From: Naegleria gruberi
Taxonomy: Eukaryota
NCBI GenBank assembly: GCA_000004985.1
Contig: GG738900.1
DNA: 64,000 bases
Strand: one strand, 5' to 3'
Shown in pieces: positions 36,230 through 46,047 of the stretch (position 1 is its first letter; every line of letters starts with the position of its first letter). The notes beneath the pieces are model-generated. The model worked only from the letters and a program-made list of their open reading frames with translations, made no database searches and had not been told where the DNA came from. Made by a program: the position numbers and the translations under genes.

Positions 36230-37651
36230 ATGGGCCAAAGTGGATCAAGAAAAGGTTTGTGTTTATTATTAGAAACTAAACTGATCATTCAATCGAAAAA
36301 CAGCAACAAAATCAACCAACTCCGGTTATAGACCATCACGTTCTGCTCCTTCACTTCTAGGAAGACAAGAAGTACTTTTAACTTTTGATACAGAATTTCA
36401 TTCCTTCTCTCAAGATAGTTTAGAACAAGTTTCTCAACTTGATCCGAAAGATGCTGCCACTCGAATTTTTAGATTTAAACATTTAACAGACAAAATGACG
36501 ATAAAATCAGTGAGTTCCGGAAAGAGCTTTGCTGCTCTCCTTGCAAATGATGGAAGGTAAGTGACAAATTTACAAAAAACTTTGAATTTTCGAATAACAA
36601 AAGATTATTTGTTTGTGGAAAGTGTCCATTCCCAACCACTGGACCAGAAACAACCTCCATAACCGATACAACCGATGAAAACCTTACACGTATTTCAATT
36701 GAACTTTCTAATAAGCAAGTTGTGGATAAATTTTCGAATATTGCTTGTGGAATGTATTTCATGATGGCTATGAGTGATGATCGTTCAAATATCTTCTCTG
36801 CAGGGCAGAATGAATGTGGTCAGAGAGCAATTGGTCGAGGAGGTTCTCTCAATTTTAAAGAATGTATTTTTGAGACCACTGAAATCAAAACCAAATTACT
36901 GAGTGGATTGGAAAAGATTTCATGTGGATATCAACATGCTATTGCCTATTCGAAAGATGGAAATCTGTATGGAACTGGATGTTCCTTTCAAAATCAATTG
37001 GGAACAATAGATAGTGGAATTTGTTACGAGTTTAGGAAAATATCGAGACCAAAAACTGATAATCAAATAATTGATGTACAAGCTGGATTTTTCTTTAGTG
37101 TTTGTTTGGATTCTGAAGGAATGGTCTATGTGACAGGAATAAGAGCTCACTCAAATATGATTGATGCTCAAGAATGGACGAAAATGAATACCTTCATCAA
37201 TCATCCAGTTTCTTCCATGTGGATTTCATGTTCCAACGCTTTCTTCCTAACTCAAGATGGACAAGTCTATCACAATTTGAATCTAACCTCAGAGATGGCC
37301 AATGATGAAAATCTCATTACTCTTCCAATACCTTCAGTCAAATCTATTTATGGTAAAGAATCTTACATGGCAGTCGATCAGTGGAATACAATCCATGTGT
37401 CAGCTTCGAATGGTTCTCAAGGAGTTTCAAACACATCGAAAAATTGGTTTGAACACGAAGGTATGCGAAGACTCATCGGAAGCAAGGATGAATTGCAAAT
37501 TCTTGATGCCTTTACTTTTTGTATTTTCATCAAATCATCCAATGAGGGAGTATTGAAGAATAACTTGTGTACTATTCTCAAAAAACAATTCAATAGTGAT
37601 TTGCATGAAAAGTCGTACTTGTATGATATCCGATTTACATCCATGCATTAA
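36230..37651 (+). CDS. RCC1-like repeat protein, paralogue B, with a predicted N-myristoylation start. Structure is join(36230..36254,36304..36556,36604..37651).
   Basis: The 25-nt first exon MGQSGSRK has Gly2 and Ser6, the N-myristoylation consensus. The phase-1 intron is at the same position as in paralogue A. A second GTAAGT intron lies at 36557-36603. RCC1 motifs ISCGYQHAIAYSKDG and GTGCSFQNQLG. Confidence 0.7.
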
Positions 37652-37721
37652 ATTATCGATAATAATAATTAAAATTTCATCCTTTTTAAAATAATCAAAT
37701 AATATTATTATTTAAGGGGTA

Positions 37722-37736
37722 CCTCTGGTCGTTACG
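37722..37736 (+). repeat. Left terminal inverted repeat of the transposon, including TTAA.
   Basis: TTAAGGGGTACCTCT; its reverse complement is at 40339-40353. Confidence 0.7.
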
Positions 37737-37857
37737 ACTGTTAGGAAACGCCAAAACTTTTAAATTTTTAATGTTTCTAAAAATAAAAAAAAATATCACA
37801 ACTTCCTAGGTGAATCATCATCATCATGGGCATCATCAATAAATTATTAATTTTAAT

Positions 37858-39690
37858 TCATTTTCCACCATCATCTCCTTCTTGTTCTTGTGTTAGAGTG
37901 ACACAACATTTGCACATCGGATCTCCATTACATTCTGCACATACCTCAACAGTACAATAGGGACACTTTTCTAAGTGAGTAAAGTAACTTCCGCAATTAG
38001 AACAACATTTCGTCTTCCTTGAGGTGGGAATAATGGAACCAACATAATGTGTTTTCTTCTTCTTGATGGGTATTGTGGATTGGGTAGTGTGTTGGTTTTG
38101 TTTGTTGTTACAGTTAATACATCTGCAAGCTGTAGAACACACCATCTTACTCTTCTTGCAAGCACAAGTATTTGAATCACACCCCAAACTGCAATCACAC
38201 GATAGTCCATAAGTGGCCTCGCTCTGGGGCATAGTTTGAGATAATTCCTTGAATTTCCTCTTGTTGTTAGCTTTTTGCTTTTTGGCTTCTTCAGTATGAT
38301 GATGTTTCAATACTTTAGATCTTTTTTCATTCAACTTATTCATATTGCTCTTCCATATTTCTTCTTCTGGAATATCCAATAAATCAAATAACCTTATAAT
38401 CCAAGTTTTACCTGCATTCTTATCCAAAACTGCTTGTTGAACACGAGTTCGGAAATATCTTGTCCCTTTGATATTCTTTGAGACATATTTAATTCTCATT
38501 CTGTGAAATGATTCACACGGATTTGATGAGTAATGGTGAAAAATTGCTTTTCCTTTCAGAACCAAGTTGTTTAACTTTTCTTTTAAATACTTAATCACAA
38601 ATGAATGGCGTTTTTCAGATAGCCATAGCTTATTGGGAGTTTTATGGTTTGGATCTTTAAACGGGCATCCCTGTGAGCAACCATCATGTTTGTTGCATAA
38701 ATGATTTGGAATGTTCTTTAACCAAGATTGTAATTCATCAAGAGAAGTTGCTTTAGAAATAAATTTGCTAACATATGCATTAATTCTAGGAGCCAATCTC
38801 TTCAATAATGCTTTGTCACCACGACGAAACAAACCTGATGGTTTCATTAATGATTTGTAGAGGTTTTTTCTAATATGATTAATATCCAAATAGGATGTTA
38901 CATTCGGATATTGATCAACAATATGTTTCAATGTACTACTATCCTCATCATGAATGACACATGAGATATTAATGTTATTGCTCTTCATATCTGAACAAAA
39001 CTGTTTCACTGACTCTCCTTCCATTGTCTTTGAACTTCCATGAAACATCCCAGTTTTGCAATTAATAATATCACTTGAATCTCTACAAGAACGACACTTC
39101 TCAATCACTTTGTAATAAACAATTTTAGAAGTAGTGGCATCAATAACAACAAGAGCACCATTTGATGATTCTCGCTTATGTCCCCATCCAAAGTCTATCA
39201 TTATTATTAATCCATTTTGTGATTTCTTTGCAGCTTCTTGCAAATCATCAGCTACCTGCTTTACGGAGAGTATTTCTATGGCAATAGAAAATGTTTCTAG
39301 GATATTGTAGAATGCAGATAATGAAAATGGTTTGATATTATTCAATAAAAGAAGTTGGCTGTATGTATCATAATTATGTCCAAGTATTAAACATGATAAA
39401 ACAAATCGGAAGGCTGTAAAATTGGGCATATTAGAAACTCCACCACTGTCCCATTTGATTTCCTTATGACAATTACTACATGTTATTGTTGCAATTAGTT
39501 GTCCACCAATAGTATGATGTGATGAAATTGTCAGTGATGATTTTGAGCAATTTGAGCAAGCAGCGTTCTCCAAAAGTAAGCTCAGATTGTTTGTATTACA
39601 TAAAAAAGCTTTTTTAAATTTAATTTTTTTTTTAGATTTTGATGACTTACAACAATCATTTGGTTGGAATTTTGCACTACTTCTCAACAC
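37858..39690 (-). CDS. Transposase main exon (610 aa). It has an N-terminal zinc ribbon, an IS1595/ISXO2-like DDE core and a C-terminal Cys-rich CxC-type domain.
   Basis: DDE-core blocks IIMIDFGWGHKRESSNGALVVIDATTSKIVYYKV and GMFHGSSKTMEGES. N-terminal CSNCS...CSNCHKEIKW. C-terminal SCDCSLGCDSNTCACKKSKMVCSTACRCINC and CSNCGSYFTHLEKCPYCTVEVCAECNG. Confidence 0.6.
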   Translation of the reverse strand: MLRSSAKFQPNDCCKSSKSKKKIKFKKAFLCNTNNLSLLLENAACSNCSKSSLTISSHHTIGGQLIATITCSNCHKEIKWDSGGVSNMPNFTAFRFVLSCLILGHNYDTYSQLLLLNNIKPFSLSAFYNILETFSIAIEILSVKQVADDLQEAAKKSQNGLIIMIDFGWGHKRESSNGALVVIDATTSKIVYYKVIEKCRSCRDSSDIINCKTGMFHGSSKTMEGESVKQFCSDMKSNNINISCVIHDEDSSTLKHIVDQYPNVTSYLDINHIRKNLYKSLMKPSGLFRRGDKALLKRLAPRINAYVSKFISKATSLDELQSWLKNIPNHLCNKHDGCSQGCPFKDPNHKTPNKLWLSEKRHSFVIKYLKEKLNNLVLKGKAIFHHYSSNPCESFHRMRIKYVSKNIKGTRYFRTRVQQAVLDKNAGKTWIIRLFDLLDIPEEEIWKSNMNKLNEKRSKVLKHHHTEEAKKQKANNKRKFKELSQTMPQSEATYGLSCDCSLGCDSNTCACKKSKMVCSTACRCINCNNKQNQHTTQSTIPIKKKKTHYVGSIIPTSRKTKCCSNCGSYFTHLEKCPYCTVEVCAECNGDPMCKCCVTLTQEQEGDDGGK

Positions 39691-39787
39691 AGTTTCATTA
39701 TTAATTATCTAATTAATCCACATACCAACAGGATATCAATTACATACGTTACAACATATCTCATAAGTAATATGTATTTACAATTAT

Positions 39788-40300
39788 TTAACTTACATCT
39801 ATCTGTCTTGCGTTCATTCTCTTCATCATGTTTTGACTATTGACACAGAAGTTATTAGAAAAACGAAGGTTGAACGAGAAACAATTTTGATAGTACAAAG
39901 AAGCATCACTCTTACTAATTACCATTCTCTCGAAGTTTTGTTTATTGGAATGTCTTTCTAAACAGCAATCACAAAACTGAGACAGGTCTACTTTGCTCAT
40001 ATCATACTAACACACACATGAAAATATGATCATTAGCATTCAGTAATAGGACATTCATGAAGAGGGTTAGTACAAGGAATGTAAATACCTACACAACAAT
40101 GGCCAGTTATAAACTTATTACGGGATGACAAAACATTATAACAATCCAAGCACACTTGATCATTCTTCACTAATCGGTGAGATTTTAGAATATATTGAAA
40201 TTGCTCCACATCATGATGACTAATAGTTTTATATTGTTTTCCGAACCAAGAAGAACCACACAATGAGCACTGCTTCTGTGATGATGAGATCATGATATTT
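39788..40300 (-). CDS. Probable 5' exons of the transposase gene (two ORFs, 40033..40300 and 39788..40000). They encode a Cys/His zinc-finger-like N-terminus and start at MISSSQKQCSLCG.
   Basis: ATG at about 40298-40300 just inside the right TIR. C-x2-C ... C-x2-C spacing. GTATTT and GTAAG-like donors precede the main exon. The exact splicing was not resolved. Confidence 0.4.
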
Positions 40301-40338
40301 ATTTTTTTGAAAAATGTCAAGAAATTTGATTGGCGGGA

Positions 40339-40353
40339 AGAGGTACCCCTTAA
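40339..40353 (-). repeat. Right terminal inverted repeat of the transposon, including TTAA.
   Basis: AGAGGTACCCCTTAA is the reverse complement of the left TIR, 15/15 identical. Confidence 0.7.
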
Positions 40354-40510
40354 TCAACTCAATAGAAACCCAAACCGAATGAACATGTTACAAAACTAGT
40401 TCCGAGTGTTTTTAGAATCAAAATCATCACCGATCATGAAACTTTGTTTTAATTTTTTTAATCAAAAAAAATTAAAGTTTCTGATCATCAATTTGTAATT
40501 TAATTCTAGA

Positions 40511-41241
40511 ATGCGTAAATTCTTTTCTGGTTCTTATCCATCTCATCATTGGGTACAACAGGTTTATTCTGCAAATGATCCGAGATTGATTGCCATTGCC
40601 TTTTACAAACCACCATCTTCATCAAAGCCTTCATTATCGAGTGATTCTAATAGTAATCATCATCATCAGACAGTTTCAGAATATTATATTTATTTAAATC
40701 CAACAGATAAGAGAGGTTATCGATGTATTGTTCGATTGGTAAACTCCTCCGATATGGCTTCAACATTTAATAGAGAATATACGAGAAGTGAAAGAGTTGG
40801 GTTGGGTATTCTGCTTCAATTCATGTCTGATTGCTATTCCAAGGTAATGCCAATTAGTCAGATATCCATTGCTGGAAATAATTCTCATCAATTTAATGAA
40901 AGCTTAGGTGAAACAATTTTGGGTAGAGAGGAAGAACCTTCCTTTCTTCATGGACATGTGTATGGAAGAGGCAATCCTGAAGAATGTTATCTTGCCAATG
41001 TTAAATTGGATGGACCAGTTCCTGGTGTATTGTTTGACATGATGGGAAAATCAAAAGAAAAAGGTAATTATTAATATTTGGATAATAATTTATAATTTAT
41101 AATTTATTAGGAAATGAAGGATACGTATTGTGGAAAGAAGGAGATTTGGAAAAGGTAACAATTGAATTAAAAATGATTGTGGAAGAAATGAAAAAGGAAT
41201 ATCAGGAAGAATATGGATTGGAAATTATTACAAATCAATAG
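40511..41241 (+). CDS. Hypothetical protein, join(40511..41063,41111..41241). Family not recognised.
   Basis: ATG at 40511. A 47-nt GTAATT..TTATTAG intron (phase 1) joins ...KSKEKG to NEGYVLWKEGDLEKVT...ITNQ*. Composition is coding-like. Confidence 0.45.
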
Positions 41242-42688
41242 ATTCAGTTTCAATTAAATTATCTAACCATGGAATTGCAAAGCTTTGCAAGAAACCTCTA
41301 CAATGCTTGACATTTCTTGCTACATTCAAATACGAAAGATTACTTAGGAATGGACTCTCTGCAATATGTTTCAATCCTTCCTTACTAATTCCACTTGCTG
41401 TCAATTCAAGTCTTTTCAGATTTCTTATCAGATAACTCTTTGATATGTGCTCGGCTCCTTCATTCTCAATATAATTATTATTAAGATTGAGTACTTGGAG
41501 ATTGCTGATAATTTTGCTTGATACTAGAGTAGAAACACCCTTTCCAGTTATATCATTATTAGAAAGGTTCAAATTGGTCAATTGGGAAAATACAGCAGAT
41601 GTTGTAATGTGCCTGACTCCTTTATCACTTATTCCATTATTGGAAAGATCCAGCTCGGTAATTCTCAATGTAGATTTGGACAAACTCTGCAAACCACCAT
41701 CAAGTACCAGGTTTCTAGTAAGAATTAGAGACTTGACTTTTTGCAAGTTAGTGCTAGATGCTAGAAAAGACATGCCTTTTTCAGTAATCTGAGAACCTTT
41801 TACATTCAAGCTGGTCAAATTGTTGAGGATATTACTTTCTGCTAAATATTGCATTCCACCTTCACCAATATCTATCTTTTCAAGGGTGAGTTTTTTCAAT
41901 CCACACATGTTGGAACTGTTACACATTGTAGAGATACCAGCTAGCTTGATTCCACTTCCACTCAAGTCAAGATAGGTCAATTTGGTAATATAAATACTAT
42001 TGCAAAGAATTTGAATTCCTTCTAAAAGTAATGAATTATGAGCCAAATTTAAATCTCTCAAATTGGACATGTTTTGACTCTCTGAAAGATGTTTGATTCC
42101 TGCAATTTCCAAACCATTTCCTTCAAGATTTAAACGAGTTAAATTTTTCATGTAGATACTTTCAGAAATAATTCTACTTCCTTCATCTCCAATTGAATTT
42201 CCATACAGATCTAAATCTGTGAGTTGACTCATTACAGGACTTGTGGCAATCAAGGTAATTCTTTCTGCATCTATTTCAGACCATTGTAAAGAAAGTGTTT
42301 TCAATTTTGCCATCATTTCATGTGAAGCAACAAGTTTAACACCTTCAAGGCCAATCCTACAAAAATTCAAATCCAATCCTGTCAAATTTCTAAGAAATGG
42401 TGATCTAACCAATCTTTTCACTCGACCATTTCCATAATGCTTTTTGAAATGCCAAAATATTGGAACACTTTTCATAACAACTCTCATCCACTGTACGGAA
42501 ACAAGCATATATTTATGTAAAATATCTTGAAAAGGAAGGAATGTAAGAATTTCATGTAATTCATCGTCTGTGAAAGTTTGATTGCTTTGAGTAAATTCGC
42601 CTCTCAGTTCCAGTTGTCCAAAAAGCTTTTCCGATTCACCTTCAAATATGTGATTAGTGAGTGATACTAACTCATCTCTTTGACGCAT
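41228..42688 (-). CDS. F-box / leucine-rich-repeat protein of the RNI-like LRR type.
   Basis: First ATG at 42686-42688 (MRQRDELVS...). The track start is GTG and there is an in-frame TGA just upstream. F-box-like LHEILTFLPFQDILHKYMLVSVQWMRVV. About 14 tandem RNI-type LRRs (LTxLdLsxNxIgdeG...). Confidence 0.75.
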   Translation of the reverse strand: MRQRDELVSLTNHIFEGESEKLFGQLELRGEFTQSNQTFTDDELHEILTFLPFQDILHKYMLVSVQWMRVVMKSVPIFWHFKKHYGNGRVKRLVRSPFLRNLTGLDLNFCRIGLEGVKLVASHEMMAKLKTLSLQWSEIDAERITLIATSPVMSQLTDLDLYGNSIGDEGSRIISESIYMKNLTRLNLEGNGLEIAGIKHLSESQNMSNLRDLNLAHNSLLLEGIQILCNSIYITKLTYLDLSGSGIKLAGISTMCNSSNMCGLKKLTLEKIDIGEGGMQYLAESNILNNLTSLNVKGSQITEKGMSFLASSTNLQKVKSLILTRNLVLDGGLQSLSKSTLRITELDLSNNGISDKGVRHITTSAVFSQLTNLNLSNNDITGKGVSTLVSSKIISNLQVLNLNNNYIENEGAEHISKSYLIRNLKRLELTASGISKEGLKHIAESPFLSNLSYLNVARNVKHCRGFLQSFAIPWLDNLIETESIDL

Positions 42689-42777
42689 TTTTTTTGTTAA
42701 ATACTTCAAATCTAAAAGTAAATCTCCAACTGCCACAACGGATTTATTACAATATTGTATTTGTGGCACAAAAGGTG

Positions 42778-44073
42778 TTAAATCTTCTTTTCAGAGACGA
42801 GTGAAACCACTTCGAAAGTGTTATTTACCAAATCGACCGAATCTGCAGGAACGTAGGCAAAACTCATCTTGTCTGTATTATGTGAAACTGCATATTTTCC
42901 ATCTTTGGATAAGACAATCAATCCACCAAGTCCATTCACTTTTTCTTGTAAATATTCAATAACTCTTTGAGTTGCTAAATTAACTTGTTCGAGTGGTTCT
43001 TGTTTTTCCTGGAATGATTGGTGAGTGTAGACTGTTGCTGTGGTATTTTCCTTTCTTTGAGGAACGTTATTAAACTCGAGCCATCTAATCAACGTTCCTG
43101 TCATTTGAATGGTCATTATACTTTCTCCCCAACCAGTCGAGGAAGCTCCTGCAACAGAAGAATCAGCAAATGTGCCTGATCCAATGAGACCAGTATCTCC
43201 ACTTCTTCCAGGAACTATTTTGAAATATTAACAATCCAAATAAAAGTTAAATATTACCTTTTTTAGGAGTTCCACCAGTTGATGTGGCTGCACAAATATT
43301 TCCATTTCTATCTAACACAACTACTCCAACAGTTCCTCTCTTTGAAGGTGGTGGTTGAGTATCCTTAGCTTCAAAAACAGTTCTACTCGTAAATTCCTCA
43401 TTATTCCTAATTCTATCCAAAAATTCCAATTCTCTCTTTGTCAATAATTCTTCCACACTTTCAATTAGTAATTCCTTCCTTTCTTCATCTGTTTTCAAAT
43501 TTGATTTGGCAAATTCCAATGCATTCTCTCCAACCAACAAATTATGTTCAGTTCTATTCATGACCATTCTGGCAACACAAATTGGATTCCTCACTCCTTG
43601 AATTCCACAAACAGCTCCAGATTTCAAACTAGTTCCATTCATGATACTTGCATCCATTTCCACTTGTCCTTTCAAATTCAAAAAAGATCCCTTCCCGGCA
43701 TCAAATGTTTCATCATTTTCCAAAATTTTAATCTATTTCCTCATCCACATTTATCATCATCATTTGATCATCAATTAAATATAATAATATTTAAATATTC
43801 AAATATTTCATCATCGGAATGATATGCTCAAAAAGGATAAATAACAAAGATGAACACCTACAGCTCTCACAGCAGCTTCCTCAGCATCAATTTCACCCTT
43901 CAAAAGTGCTGGATAAACATTAGCAATGGCACTCCTCGTACCATCAATGTGATCTTGTTCCAAATCTTTAGGAATGGACCAAGCACCTCCATGAACAATC
44001 TGTTGTTATTAGAGGTTCAATAAATTATTGATCAACGTACCATGAGTGGCTTTACTGATGTTAGATTTTCCAT
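42778..44073 (-). CDS. Ntn-hydrolase asparaginase / isoaspartyl peptidase (plant-type asparaginase family). Structure is approximately join(42778..43214,43258..43731,43862..43999,44041..44073).
   Basis: MENLTSVKPLM / IVHGGAWSIP... / GTVGVVVLDRNGNICAATSTGG with Thr nucleophile / VPGRSGDTGLIGSGTFAD. Introns of 43-120 nt with GTAATA, GTAGGT and GTACGT donors. Confidence 0.75.
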
Positions 44074-44263
44074 TTTTTTTGAAAATTAATTTTTCTGTAT
44101 AGATAATTTAAATAGTTTACAAAAAACTACCAACATTTCAAATGTAAACATATTGTGTTGATAAAACTCAATTATTTCTATTTGGAAATTTTATTTATTA
44201 AAATTAGTAATTCAATTTCCCTAACAAGCTCGGAATTATTTTTAATTTCATTATTTTCAATGA

Positions 44264-46047
44264 TTAGTCAAAGAGGTGCTTTACGTGATCTCTTGGATGG
44301 AAGTACAATGGATATTTCTTAGTACTAATATAGAAGGTAATTTGGTCTGTTTCCATTTTAGGGAATTCAGCATGTTCCTTAGTTAACTTGAAATTTCTAA
44401 CAGCATTAATAATTGAAAAGTGGAACTCTGCATTAGCAATACGACTTCCAGGACATTTTCTGGCACCAACCTATAAATATCAATATAACAAATTAACAAA
44501 TATGGAAAGAATTAAATTAATCCAAAATTAGAAAATTAACAACTTACACCAAATGGAAGTGATGAAAACATTGACTTTGGAGCGAGTGGACTCTTCTTAT
44601 CATGTCTCTCTGGAATGAATTCCAAAGCATTTGGAACATATTCATCCTTCATACTTGGGAAATAATTCATGAAAATGACAACAGTTTCCTTTGGAAGATT
44701 GAATCCACCAATTTCCAAATCAGTATTCAATTGTCTACCGAATGTAATGTAGGCAAATGAGTTGAATCTCGTAACTTCTTCAACGAATTGTTTGGTTAGT
44801 TTGAGTTTCTTATATTGTTCTGGTGTGATTTCTAATCCATTTTCGGAAAGGATTTCATTTTCAGTTGGTTCACCGAAAATTTCCAAACATTCCTGATAAA
44901 TCTTTTCCTGGTATTCTGGATGATGAGCTAATCTATAAAGGATAAAATTGGAAATTCTTGACGTCAAGTCAACTCCACCTTGTAAGAAAGTTGACAATAC
45001 AGTAGTGACCTTATCCTGAGCATTCTCAATTCCTTCTGATCTTTGTGTAAGAATTTCCAAAAATCTTGGTTTAGAACCTTCTGGTAATGGTTGACCAAAT
45101 CGATCAACACAATATCTAGTATTAGCAATTACACTATCATACATATTCTCAATAATTCCATACTCCTTAGTTTTGAAATACTTGTAAATTGGAAGTTTGT
45201 AATCTAATCTTGAACACAAATCGAGAACTGTCATGGCTTGCTTTGAAAAATCATCAAGTTTGAATGGTAGACCTCTTTCTAATTCTTCAGTCATCTTGAC
45301 ACCAAAGAAAACTTTCATAATTGCATCGAAGGCATATCTGGAAGTTGCTTCCATACCATTATTCAGTCTATATTTGTTTTCACCAACTTTGGTAAAGTTC
45401 TTTCTCAATTGTCTAATATAATCACTATTCATTTCTGTCAATTGAGGAACAACAATACGATCAAGGAATTCAGGTTTCATTGCAAGATTGAAAATTTGAC
45501 GAATATCATTCCAATTTTCTTCAATTTTCATTTCTACTGGAACCAACTCTAATCCACGAGTTTGTTTGTAATATCTTGATGGACCCAAAATTGTTCTACG
45601 TTCTTCTACTCTTGCTACGTCAGCTATCAGACTAGGATCTGAAAGAATAACCAAATTGACTCCAAAAGCAGTCAACTTGACCATTTCTCCGTATTCTTTA
45701 CATAAATCAAGGAAGAATTCTTGAGTATTTGTGGCATTCTTCTTAATATCTAGATAATTACCAAGCAATGGTAAAGGTTTAGGTCCAGGAATTTCAGAGA
45801 AAGGTTTAACTTTTGGTTTCTCATCGGCGGTGGAAGCTGTTACACTTCCATATCCGTATGGACATTTGGCACCTCCTGAGGATGGGATTGTTGTTGCTAA
45901 GGATTCTTTTGTTGTGTCTTTATGATAGTATCTTCCAACACCTTTCATAGTTGAAGTGTTTGCTAATTGATGAGTAGTGGCAGATGACTTGAGAAGGAGA
46001 CCTGTATTGTTCCATCTTCTCTTTAGTGGAGCGGCAAGTAATGACAT
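44264..46047 (-). CDS. Cytochrome P450, join(44264..44460,44548..46047), with a basic, mitochondrial-presequence-like N-terminus.
   Basis: EIPGPKPLPLLGN proline-rich hinge. Heme-binding loop PFG/VGARKCPG is split by an 87-nt GTAAGT..TATAG intron. N-terminus MSLLAAPLKRRWNNTGLLLK is Arg/Lys-rich with no acidic residues. Confidence 0.85.

Larger units (their letters stand above)
37722..40353. mobile_element. DNA transposon of about 2.63 kb with 15-bp terminal inverted repeats and TTAA at both ends. The transposase is IS1595-like, which points to the Kolobok/ISL2EU superfamily. It looks intact.
   Basis: Left end TTAAGGGGTACCTCT at 37722-37736. Right end AGAGGTACCCCTTAA at 40339-40353 is a perfect inverted copy. 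All transposase ORFs lie inside. TTAA at both ends fits the Kolobok target-site duplication. Confidence 0.6.

Noticed and set aside
40033-40320. THAP-domain assignment for the transposase N-terminal exon
   Set aside because: Cys spacing (C-x2-C ... C-x2-C) shows a zinc-binding module, but the diagnostic THAP C2CH spacing and the AVPTIF box are not evident. It is described only as zinc-finger-like.
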